DNA of 59,410 nucleotides, counting the filler, from Platydemus manokwari (Eukaryota): the NCBI GenBank assembly GCA_037951405.1. It is 5 parts of 5 records of this genome, joined end to end, with 100 filler letters (N's around TTAATTAATTAA, not from the genome) between each part and the next. Parts side by side here need not be neighbours in the genome. Positions count along the whole stretch, not along the records: positions 1 to 9,373 come from JBBMOY011258208.1; positions 9,474 to 18,378 come from JBBMOY011312205.1; 3 more parts are not named here. The stretch is one strand, 5' to 3'. Shown in pieces: positions 1 to 11,859 of the stretch; position 1 is the stretch's first letter, and each line of letters starts with the position of its first letter. The translations under genes and the position numbers were made by a program. The notes beneath the pieces were generated by a model. It was not told the origin of the DNA. It saw nothing but the letters and a program-made list of their open reading frames with translations, and ran no database searches.

Positions 1-2193
1 CAGTTTTTTTTGCTGTCTTCAGTTCTGTATACAACATTTTTGTGCTGAGCCCGTCTTGAGTGATAATTTATTATTGTATTGTGATACAATTTTGATTGTA
101 CCTATTGGGGAGTCGAACTTGTTATTCTTTAGTTTAAACTATAATTTTTAGATTTCATTGTTTTTTCATACCAAGTGTAATAATTTAGATTCACTAAATT
201 AAACAATTCATTAAATATTTGAAAAGTAGAAAATCGAATAATTTTAAAATTTTAAAAAATAAGAGTTGAAAGATGATTGGTAGATAATTGAAAATGATTT
301 TAAAAATATCGCACTAAGTCGATTATGTTGAGTGAAATGAAACTCGGCAAAAGAAAAACGAATTTGCACCTTAAAATCCTTGTTTAAGCATTTTAAACAT
401 TTGCATGCGTATACAACTATACAGGCATAGTAATCAGTCAATCACAGCCAAACAGCAATTGGAAAAAAGAGATAGCCACAAAACAACACATATGTTAGTA
501 GTAGATACTTCACTTAAAATTGAAGATTCAACAAAATAAGTCATTATTTTGATTTTCTTAACTTAAACAATTTTCAAACTAATTTAAATCCAATTTTAAA
601 ATGTTTTTATAGAAAGCTGTAGCTATCAATCTTAATCAAGTGTAGATAAAAAACTTCAAATTATTTATTAATTACTTTATATTAAATAATTTAACAAAAT
701 TTCCAAATTTTAATTTTTGTTTAGAAACTTATTAAATTATTTAAAATTGTAATTAAATATTTTTATTAAAATTATTATTTTCAATTATTATTAATTACTT
801 TAAATTTTCTTCACAAAGCACATATGTATTGACTAATCCCACTTATACAAAAACTAACAAGACCAATAGGAACTCGGAAAGTAAAGATCAAATGAAAATG
901 TGATACAGATATGACACAAAAATTACACACAGATATCGAGTATAAATATCGATGTAAAGATGGCCACTTACCAGTTGGAAGCCAAGCTTTGGTTATGTTC
1001 TTGAGTAGCACGAGTATTAGTGTATTTTTGTAAGTGATATTGATTAGTACGCAGGTTGGAAATAAAATCTGTAGTCTTCGAGTTATGGAGTCAGTGATTA
1101 TTCAGTTGTTTAGGAGTAGAACCCAACAATTATCAAAAGCATTAAATTACGAGAATTATTCTGATCAGTATCCGAACTAAATGGAATTAGATTTTTTTCA
1201 AAATGATATACAAATGATTAAGCAATTTTTTGGTTTTCAATTTATAACAGTATATAAAGGTAAAAATGACACTGAGCAGCTAAAAACCCATATATCAAAT
1301 CAATTCTTTTTAAGCGTGATTCTTTTAGAAGTGTTCTGAGCTCTTTTAATTATATTTTTTTGTAAGCACGTACTTTATATTTCTTCGTATTTACATATTA
1401 AGAATGAAATTGTAGATTATGATTTAAATATAACTTAGAGTTAATTCAAGTTTTCTTAGTTATTTAAATTTATTTATTAGTACATTTTCTAATTTATTAG
1501 TAGATTATTACGCAAACGCTGACTTTAGGCCTATTATACATTCTTTGAAAGAAATTACAAGATGTTTCGTTTTGATTGACAAAATTATAGATTCTATCTT
1601 GAAATGAAAAGATAAATTGTTTTAGATAAAATATTATCTAGCAATGTAATCTTCTACTTAATTAATATAAATGAAAGGAAAATTATATTATGTGTATGAT
1701 TCTTCAATTTTAAGTTTAAATCTCATTTATTAATACAATTTTCGTAAAACATGATAAATAAAATAGTAGGATAGTGAAAATCTGAAACTGAACACAAATA
1801 TAAAAAGTAAACTTAAGAAAATTTTAATTTATTCCAGCGACATTTAAATGTCGAATAAAAATGTTATAAAGATTCAAATTACAGCTTTGCTCAAACATTC
1901 CTTCACAATAAATTATTATTAAAAGAAATAGATATAGATTCGAGAACAGTCGACCTCTTATAGTTCTAATTATATTCTATACATTTTAAAATATAAATTA
2001 AAATTACAAATCTTAATTAATCAATTCTCATTTAGGAAACACGGAAAAATTGAATCATTCTGTGTACTTTATAGCAATTTGATAAAAAATTTTTCAATAA
2101 AATAATATCGATTAAATAACGAGGTCGATAAAAAGAATATTTCATAAAGTATTTTCATAATTTTGGAAAAACCATGGCTTTTATATATTAGCC

Positions 2194-3245
2194 ATGCCGT
2201 CTATGACCGTAAATCTCGAAACGATAATTTCGAAATTATTAGAACATAAAAATAATAGCGCTGTCAAATATATAAATTTGACTGAATATGAAATTAAAGG
2301 TCTGTGTTCAAAATCTAAAGAAATATTCATGTCTCAATCTCCGCTTTTGGAATTAGAAGCACCTTTAAAGATTTGTGGTAATTTTTTACAATTCATTATA
2401 ATTATAGTTTGCATAATAATTGGTAGCATGTAACAATGAATTTTACTTAGGTGATATTCATGGTCAATACGTGGATCTTTTGCGATTGTTTGACTACGGT
2501 GGTTATCCTCCAGCAGCAAATTATCTATTTCTAGGAGATTACGTTGATCGAGGAAAGCAATCGATTGAGTGTATGTGCTTACTTCTGGCATATAAAATAA
2601 AATTCCCAGAAAATTTCTTTCTTTTGAGAGGAAACCATGAAAGTTCAGCATTGAATAGAGTTTATGGATTTTATGATGAAGTTAAACGCAGATATAGTAT
2701 AAAAGTATGGAAAATGTTCACCGATATGTTCAATACATTGCCGTTTGCTGCACTAATTGATGAGAAGATTATTTGTTTCCATGGAGGATTGTCTCCTAGT
2801 TTGAAATCAGTAAAGCAACTTCAAGAAATTAAAAGACCAACCGAAGTTCCGGACGAAGGAATTGAATGTGACATTTTGTGGTCAGATCCTGAAAGAGATA
2901 TTAAAGGATTTCGAGAGAACGATCGAGGAGTTAGTTATGTGTTTGGTGAAGATGCTGTTGAGAAATTTCTGCTAGACAATGACATTGATTTGATATGCAG
3001 GTGATTATAATTGATAATGCCAAAGAATATTTTATATAATTTGTTCCAGAGCTCATCAAGTTGTAGAAGATGGATACGAATTTTTCTGCAAGCGAAAACT
3101 TGTAACAATATTTTCCGCTCCTAATTATTGTGGAGAATTTGATAATGCTGGAGCTATGATGTCAGTCGATGAAAATCTTTTATGTTCTTTTCATGTGCTA
3201 AAACCGACATCTAAGCGAATTAAAATTCAAAATGAAAACAATTAA
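2194..3245 (+). CDS. PP1: Serine/threonine protein phosphatase 1 catalytic subunit (309 aa; exons 2194-2377, 2451-3000, 3050-3245)
   Basis: Spliced translation gives the PPP motifs [34 protein letters not shown] and [13 protein letters not shown]. Both introns (73 and 49 nt) are GT-AG and keep frame (930 nt total). Confidence 0.96.
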
Positions 3246-5419
3246 TGTCCTTATTTAATTATTATTAATTAATTTTGGAGAGATTATTATTTAATTAAAT
3301 TGCTTTTCTTTTTATTTAATTAAACAATGAATCAAAGAAAAAATGTTTTATTCATTGACAATAGTTTTGAAGCCAGTCAATTTTAAAAGTGAAGATAGCT
3401 TTAAGAAACACAATATTTAAAATTCTCGCTTTTCAAGATCTCATAAAATCTAATCGATTTTTATGTTTGGAAAAATAACTCATCATTTACGATAAATTCC
3501 AATGTTGAATATACGTCACAATTTAAAATGAACAACCCATTAACACTATCTGGAATTTTACGCTAACTGCCAGGTGAAGAGAGACAAATTGTGATGGTTA
3601 AATTTCTGTAATTTTAGTAATTGAATTAGCACTGTTTTTGCCTAATGCTATTAACCTATATAATAGTTTTATTCATATTTCAAATCAACCTTGTCTGTAT
3701 TTAGAGTGATTATGTAGATATTCTTAGATGGGCTGTAAAGTTTATACTAGTGATTTTCTAGAGTTAGTTACACAGTGCTTTTTTACTTGTGGTACATCTT
3801 TGGAGTGTTTTAACTGATTTATTGAGTTGTTTGTTATTTTGTGCTAGTGAATGCATTTTTCTTGAATATTTTAAATTCATCTCGCCATTGAGTGATTAAT
3901 ATATGAGTTTAAATTAGGATTAAAACGTTTTCAAAGGTTTCAGGAGGTTATTGTGATCGTTTAACTTCATACTTCATGTTAAGGTTTTAAAGAATTTTTT
4001 AAACTATAAATAAAATTGTAACAAACTTTAAATTTCACCAAAGTCTCCATTTTAGTCAAATATTATAAAAATAAGGGAAATACTGAAAGTTTATTTTATT
4101 TTCGAAATTCATGAAGTGTTTCTTTATCTTTATGAAAATGTGGTGACACAAAAAGAAAGTACAATCTCAACAGTTTTCCACCGTCAAGTGGTAAATGCAA
4201 TGATCATTGGTTTAAATATGGCAGTGAATAAACAATGAAATTGTAAACTCAAGATGCTATCCGATATCGATGGGAATGTAACATAAAATTCCAAATGGGA
4301 ATATTAACACTGAAGCATATAAAAAGGTCTAATTCTTATACCCGATCATAATAATTAACTCACGTCATCGTAATAATTTCATTATATGTATCACTATTAT
4401 TTATAAATAATTGATGTCTAACCAATAATGTTCTAAGAATATTACGAGAAATAACAGTTGAGAATCGAACATATGTGTTCTTGTAATTTCCTCAAACTGG
4501 CGTCATCAGTAGAATTCCTAATTTTCGTGATATACTTCAGTATTTTTCTCTTTAAATTGCTTGTATTTGTATTTCTTTCTCGGGGAAAACCATTATGTTT
4601 ATATTAGAAATATATTTTTTATATTCCACTAAACTAATTAAAAATATTTAAAATTTATTTTTTAATGATGGCACATTTTAATTTTAATTCTAATTATTTC
4701 TTTTATCTCGGTCTCTGGTGTACATAACTGTTGATTGACCTCGGATTTCAACAAGCTCTGGGTGAGGATTTATAAATTTTAAAATTCTATGAGGACTTTC
4801 ATATCGAAGTGTGTTTATCACTATCGCGTGCAGTTCTTTTTTCACTAAAACTTTCTATTCGACAGCAAAAATTCGAATCCCTCGACTCTTTGAAAACTCG
4901 AAACGTTGAACATTGGATTGAACTTTGATAAGTTATTTTAACTATAAATTCTACTGGTGGAAAGATTATATCTCCGGACTGTTTTTCAGACCCTAGAATT
5001 TTTAGCAAAATATCACAAACTGTTCCGAGAATCCTTTTAATTACCCTACTTTCCTGATGTTGACTTGTAAGGTAGATTGGTGTTCTTGTCTAGACTTTAA
5101 CCTTCTTTATATTAATGTCATGGAATTAATCGATCTTTAACCGATTAATAATTATAAAATTTTTAATTTATTTATTTTGACGGAATTATTAAAAGTAAAA
5201 ATTCTTGACTTATTAGCAGATCTTTATAAAAAATATGTGCATGAATTATAGGTTTGATAACGCTTGTATATTCAGGAATATATAATACAAAACATGTAGT
5301 GAAATGTAAAAGCTCTTTTGAGAGCTAAATATAATAAATTTTTAAGTAACAGATTCTTCCATAAATTTCCAGACATCTGTTATTTTGATTGATTGGTATG
5401 TCATTTTTATGTTGAGAAA

Positions 5420-5900
5420 AAAGCTCGAAATATTTCCATTGAATCACTTAAACCTACATTTCTGCAAATAATTAAGCATATTTTCTATCCTGAATCGAAA
5501 TTTCCAATAGTGATTTTTATTTAAAATCATTCTGCCTATATTTGATGTTCTTCAATTGATGTAATTTTATACCGAGTTTGTTTTCCATAATTAATTGATA
5601 TTAAAAATTCAAATTAGCATTGTCTTCAAAAAATTTCTTTTCAAAGGAAATATTTATTGATCTGTTAATTATATTGACAAAATTAATCAAGAACCTGAAG
5701 CTTGAAATATCTTGTTGTTCTAACGATATTTAAGCAATTTTTCGATTCCTCATCAAATAACTCACTACACAACAGTCGAATCTGGCCAAGAGCATGAAAT
5801 AAGATCAAACTCCTATCTCGTCAACAATCAATGTTTACTGGCTTGATAAACTTTGTGATTATAAATGCTGAGTTGTTGAATGAATCAAATATTTCATAGC
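5420..5900 (-). mobile_element. Possible heavily decayed hAT-like transposase relic
   Basis: Minus-strand peptide scraps in hAT-like order: 'LLCSELFDEESKNCLNIVRTTRYFK', 'QTRYKITSIE' (TRW-like), 'MLNYLQ' and 'GLSDSMEIF'. All are broken by stops and frameshifts, and no TIRs were seen. Confidence 0.3.
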
Positions 5901-7163
5901 TCTAAACTAAAAACTAAACACTGGTAATGTATTGTAAGTTACTTTAAAAATCCTTTTGATAATTGCAGGACGTAACCAAGTTTATCATCAAAATTTCAGA
6001 TTTATCTTAGTTGTGCTCCAAGGAATGTTTTAGAAGAATTGGAAGATTTCAAGATGATTTCGCAGATTAATAAAAGTCAAAATTCTTAGTTACAGCTGCA
6101 ACTCAAACTCAAAGTTAAAAAGGGTTAGTCGCAGCTTTCAATTGATTATCTCATATTTTCCACATCGAAACAATACTTATAACCAAAATCAAAACAATTG
6201 ACATTACTCTCGAAATCACAAATACCATTTGGCGATTGATCGGAAATTCTGCAAATCTCTAATTAAAAGTCCATAACGCATTACATCATGTTTGAACCCA
6301 TTTTCATCAACTTTGTTGTCCAAAAATCTAACTGAAACCATACAAATCATAAAATAAACATTCATATTGAGTTAAACAAAGCTTATTTGCACTCAAATTT
6401 CAATATACACATTGAGATGTAAGTGATTAACATTTTTATCAAAAAATTTTTGGTTAAACCGCCATCCCATTTCGCTGAAATTAAAAATGACGGAATAAAT
6501 TTTTTCATCACTGATGTACGGTAAAACTTTGGCAGGAAATAGCTAATTTAACGGCAGGAAACAATAAATTTATGTTCGACATAAATAAAAATGGTAGTGA
6601 AACCGGTTGTCGGATTGTAATCGAGTATTTTATTATAAAAATAAAACAAAATCACATGACTGACTCTTCTAAATATACTAACGAGAGAAAAATAATAAAA
6701 GCAAAGTAAATTCAGTCAATGTGAAACAAAATTCATAACAAATGTACATATGGCCAGAAGAAACAGTTTAAGGAAAATTATTTCTATTTATTCAAACTGT
6801 TCAGAAAGATTTTGCTGGTTAAAGTAATTTTAATATTTTTTTGTGCCTGACTCTAAAGATGTTGTAATAGAAACAATGATAATAATTTAAATATAAATAA
6901 ATTAATGAAAATATATAATTGTAAAATTAAATGAAGTACAAATAATATAACCAAGTAATTAAATATCACTTTACAAATATCAAATAAAATAATAACTATT
7001 AGATGACAAATAACCAAGCTTTTATTAGTTTTTTATTAGAGGGTATTGTTATGTCTTCGAATTTTAATTTATGATAGTTGAGACCTACAAAATCCAGCAA
7101 CAATAAGGTTCAAGAATCTGAGCTTATACTAGAATTTTAGGTAATTTAAAGGATGAGTGATTG

Positions 7164-7182
7164 GGCGAGGTCTAAGCCACTA
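7164..7182 (-). mobile_element. LTR-end/PBS junction remnant related to the TRIM at 9899
   Basis: Minus strand reads TAGTGGCTTA-GACCTCGCC, versus TAGTGGCTTACA-TGGC-GACCTCGCC in the TRIM (6-nt deletion). Confidence 0.4.
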
Positions 7183-9373
7183 TTAATTAAATTGTTTCGT
7201 GAAATAATCATTTAAAAATGCATAGTAAAATAAACACGCTAGAATAATAAAATTAAATTTACTTTAGGGCTATTGTTTTGAAAATAATTCTTCTTTCTCT
7301 CGATGTGGTTTAAATCAATCGCATTTATACTCCTGACTTTATTGATGTAATTGTGTAGACAGTGAAGCATTAACTGTGGATTTAGTTTTGTAGAACGATT
7401 ATGAACTTTTGCCCATAATAGTTGTGGCCGTTTTTCTGATTAAGTGCTTTTCTTTTATATTTATTAGTCTCTTGTACATTCTTTTTTGATTAATGATCTT
7501 TTTGATTTTTTAAAATATTTTATTTATTCTATTTTCAAGTTCACAAACTTTTTTGTCCTAATTTTAGTAACTTTTAATTATTTTTTCTATTTTTAGAATT
7601 AATAAATTTTATTTTTATGATTTTTATTTAGAGATGGCTTTTGAAATGGCTAGTGCCTCTTTTTCCTAATTTTTATGATTTCATTATTATTATTATTATT
7701 TATTTTTGGGTATTCGGTACATCACAATACATAAACTATATCATACAGATTGAGAAAAAATAATAATTTGCTTTCAGTTTGTCAATATTCATAATTTCCC
7801 AATTGAAGGAATTATAAATTTTAATTTAAAAAACCACGAGAAAATTTTTATATAAAAATCCAATTAATCCATATTTAAAGAACCAATAATTTGATTTCAT
7901 TTGTTAAGATTTGAAAAGAAATTTTATTTAAAATCTCAAACCAATAATTTATGAGTCTGTTTTATCATATTATTAACAACAAATATAAATTATTTAGAGA
8001 AAAAAACGTGACTCTATTCGATATTTTTAGATAATTCATTGGTAAAACGTAGATAATTATTATCAAAACTGTGTTAAGTTAATGTTCAGTTTATGTTCAA
8101 TGAATGATCAAATTTTATTTTTTAAAATTAACTTATTATCAATGTCACTCCAAAACATTCTAGAAATTTGGTAAGTGTATAGATTAAGTGAATTAGTAAA
8201 ATAAATTGTTATCAACTACTAAAACCAATTAGGATGTTCAACACGAAAAGTATAATTAATAAAAATATTAAAACAAATTAAATTAATAATTTAAAATAAA
8301 ATTTTAATTTAAATATATTTACTATTTAAAACAATCATTTAAGTATTAATTTTTTTTAGAATCCTTTAATTAGTAATTCTTAATTAATAGATATACAGGA
8401 AATGTATTAATAAAATTTTGATATTTACCTGAAATGAAATCATTTTTATAGACCAAACAAGCTAATTATTTAGAATAAAATGTACTTAAATGAATTAAAA
8501 CACGATTATTTTAAATACTGAAATAAAACATAAAGATATTTATCCCACAAGACAACATTTCACGCATCTATACTTCCCAATTGCTCGGATAGTCACAATT
8601 AAAAACAGAAGTTGAGACGATGATATTTTCAATAGCTTATTTATTTAAACATATCAACAATAACAAAACAAACATGAAATAATTTAAAATTTATTATCAT
8701 AACAGTAAAAAATTTATTTACATTTTCGAATAAAATCATTATTAAAAGAATCATACTAAAAACTTGTATTATTTTTAATTTTAATGATTTTCAAATCTTT
8801 GTCTTTATTAAATTTAAACAAACTAAATTGTTATTGAGCTTATTTTTTGACATGGATCTAAAAATTAATTAATCATGTAACTGTTTAACTAAGCGGGTAA
8901 AGTAGTTTTACAATAACAAATTAATGAAATTAATGTTAATTTAATTATTATGGAAATTCCAATCCAAAATTGCAGGCCTTGAGTATCATTTTAAATTGGA
9001 ATCTATTGTATTGATTTGTGAAGTAATGGTACAATGAAATGATAATTATCTGAACTGTTATTAAAATCTTATCATACAGCAATAAATTTATTGAGTTTGT
9101 TAATGAATTGTTGTAAACTGTTTCAAATAAAAAATTTACTTATCATTTTACATTTTAAAAATCTAGTTTTATTAAATTTTCTTTGACAGCTATGTCAATC
9201 TTATTTTAATTTAACACACTTACTGGAATTTCAAATATTTAATAACTCGAAAGTACCAAATATTTCTATAATATTTAACTTTATTATAATAAATTTATGA
9301 GCAATTCAAGTTTTTGTGCCACTCATTTCATACCGAAATATTGATTATGGTTATTATTTTGGAAAGATAATAA

Positions 9374-9473
9374 NNNNNNNNNNNNNNNNNNNNNNNNNNN
9401 NNNNNNNNNNNNNNNNNTTAATTAATTAANNNNNNNNNNNNNNNNNNNNNNNNNNNNNNNNNNNNNNNNNNNN
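9374..9473. other. Assembly gap with artificial six-frame-stop linker (TTAATTAATTAA at 9418-9429)
   Basis: 44 N + 12-mer + 44 N, identical at four places in the window. Confidence 0.97.
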
Positions 9474-9898
9474 TGGTTATATATCTAAAATTGAATTTTA
9501 TGTAAAAATTTCATTAAAAAATCATTAGAAATAAATTTTAATATAAAAAAACTCACGAAAAGTCATGACTTTAAAATTGGGTCAAAGGACCCTTTTTCTT
9601 AACTTAAGCCCTACAAATATATATATTTTAAATATAGTAAATTAGAAATCACATTATTAAAACATTTTATAGGTCATTTAATAGTTAAGAAATACACTGA
9701 CTGAAATATCGATTAACTCTCTTTGGATTTTGTTAGAAACTTGACAAAACTGATTTCTTTCTTAATTCAAAGAAAATATCAAAAATTATTTAAAATAATA
9801 CAAAATAATTTATCTCTTATATTAATTCGAATCTCAATTCTGCTACTAATACTATATTCCTCATAACAAAGGAATACATGATTTACCTTTGTCATTAT

Positions 9899-10530
9899 TG
9901 TGAGTGTTTTAAATTGAATTAAAATTTTAAAATATTTGTATTTAATTATATTTTGGTCTCCCGACTTTTCAGTTCGTTTTCAATGTGTGATTTATAAAAT
10001 GGTAGTGGCTTACATGGCGACCTCGCCTCAGGATTCGATTATGAGAAGATTGAAAATTATGTAAAAATAAAGTAAAGATATGGGAATTATAAAAAGAAGA
10101 TATAAAGAAGATGTAGAGAAGATATAAAGACGATGCATACTAGATATAAAGAAAATGTAAAGTCGATATAAAACAGATAGAAGAATTAGAGTTTTTATGC
10201 AGATAAATATGTGAGAATTCGTTATACCAATTAAGAATACAAAGAAAATCAAAAGGGGAATGTGAGTATTTTAAATCGAATGAAAATTTATGCAGACTTA
10301 ATTTTGAATAAATCTTTTTAATATAAAACCAAATTAATTTGTTTAAATATTCGTTTAGAGATATTTTATATGAATTAAATTTCAATTTGATTCAAAACAA
10401 TTTTAAAAAATTAAATTAATGTAAAATTTGAAATATTTGTTTAAATATTTGGATTTAAAATAGAGTGATTGTGTCTTGATTTTTCAGTTTGATTTTTAAC
10501 GTGTGGTTTTTAAAATAGTAGCGGCTTACA
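9899..10530 (+). mobile_element. Non-coding miniature LTR retrotransposon (TRIM-like): 5' LTR 9899-10014, PBS 10015-10027, PPT 10251-10260, 3' LTR 10261-10530
   Basis: Both LTRs start TGTGAGT.TTTTAAAT.GAAT and end GTAG(T/C)GGCTTACA. TGGCGACCTCGCC directly follows LTR1 and AAAAGGGGAA directly precedes LTR2. Flanks are ATTAT/ATAAT (near 5-bp TSD). The 246-bp internal region has no recognisable gag/pol motifs. Confidence 0.85.
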
Positions 10531-10755
10531 ATAATAATTATAAACAATCTCCGTAATTTTGTTAACTTTTTTCAAGGCTCTTTTCTGGTCCCGAATACTT
10601 ATGCTCATACTTAAATTTAAAGAAATAAATTTGAATTTTGACAACCAGTGAAATTTTATACCAAATTTTATTGTTTGCTCGTGCTTGTTGAAGGTGGCTT
10701 TTAAAAGTCAATTTTGGAGTACTATGTTCAAACTAAAGTCTCGTAGCTTATTCAG

Positions 10756-10866
10756 TATAAGGTGTGCGGAGTATGCAGCACGATGATCAAAAGTATCAAC
10801 GGAGAAAGTGGCAGCATCCTTCGGAGCTTTGCTACATACCACCACGATAACGACACAGTTCAGTAA
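10756..10866 (+). mobile_element. Possible BED zinc-finger relic (DNA transposon derived)
   Basis: YKVCGVCSTMIKSINGESGSILRSFATYHH resembles BED spacing, but the first His is absent. Confidence 0.25.
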
Positions 10867-11394
10867 CTAATCAAAGCCCTTCAAATGATTAATTTCTTAT
10901 TGGATCTCGATTGTCAGTTAACACTTACAGCATTCACTAAACATTGAGATACACCAATAACATAGGAGATAGTAGGGTAGTTGACAATAGACCAGTTCTC
11001 AGATTTTTCTAAAAAATGAAAAGCACAGCTACAAGAAAACAAGTCATAGAATCCGGAAAATCTTTAGAAGAAGTCAACTCTCGGAGACAACTGGGAACGT
11101 GTTAAGGTCGGTAAATAATGTCGTTGTTTTTATTTTGGTGATTTTGATTTTTGTTGGTTTTGTACTTTTGTTCCGTTGTACAACTTCGATTTTGTGATTT
11201 TGAAATGTTGTGTATCGAAAATTTTATTGACCTGGAATTAATTACCTTTTAAAAAATAAATTCTCACGATATTCATCTATAATAAATAACGTAACAGCAG
11301 CAGCATCTGTATGGCATACAAATATACATTGATAATCATTTAAGTGGTGACTATATGGTTTGGATTTATAGATATCCATATAGATAAATAATAA

Positions 11395-11730
11395 TGTTAC
11401 ATATAATCATAACAAAATAATAACAATAATAATAATAAATACGACAAAAAATAATCAATATTAAAATTTTGCTTTCATGACAGACATGAATCATTATAAT
11501 AATAATTATTATTATAAATAAAGATTTTTATTTAAAATTATTATTATTTAAAATTATTATTTAAAAATATTATTAGTTAAATTTCATTTTCCTCACATCC
11601 CCCTTTTTAAAATTTTTAATTTTCTCCACATTCCATCTTATTACTGTTCCATTTTTGTTTTGTAATTGGTAACTTCTTTCATGATTTTTTCCTATTACTT
11701 CGTACGGCCCATCATATCTTTGTTGGGGAT
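11395..11730 (-). mobile_element. 3' end of a Ty3/gypsy LTR retrotransposon: integrase C-terminus, PPT and 3' LTR
   Basis: Minus strand encodes QQRYDGPYEVIGKNHERSYQLQNKNGTVIRWNVEKIKNFKKGD (GPY/F motif). A purine tract at ~11598-11608 is followed by an LTR starting TGTGAGG at 11597 and probably ending GTAACA near 11395. Confidence 0.75.
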
Positions 11731-11859
11731 CGGGTAAAAAAAGCAGTGAATTAACGATTACAATCTTTTTTATGTGAATATTTTTTATTTTTTACTTTCT
11801 GTGTTTTATTAACAAGTTAATCAAAGTGTTTATAAATGTATAAAAGTAATTTTTATGAA

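Noticed and set aside
635-645. ATCAAGTGTAG matching part of U2 snRNA (a Utopia target)
   Set aside because: Only 11 nt long, the flanks do not match U2, and it is 11 kb from the retroelement.
244-1011. Short ORFs here and the many antisense ORFs overlapping real exons (e.g. 2334-2651, 12509-12724, 16750-17139, 26479-26757)
   Set aside because: Shadow or chance frames with no motifs, many starting at non-ATG codons.
4487-4509. Minus-strand CTGATGA...GAAA hammerhead-like core
   Set aside because: Stem II cannot form and there is no stem III or cleavage triplet.
9418-9429. TTAATTAATTAA repeated four times between N-runs (CRISPR-like or regulatory repeat?)
   Set aside because: Always centred in a 100-bp N gap, so it is an artificial six-frame-stop scaffolding linker.
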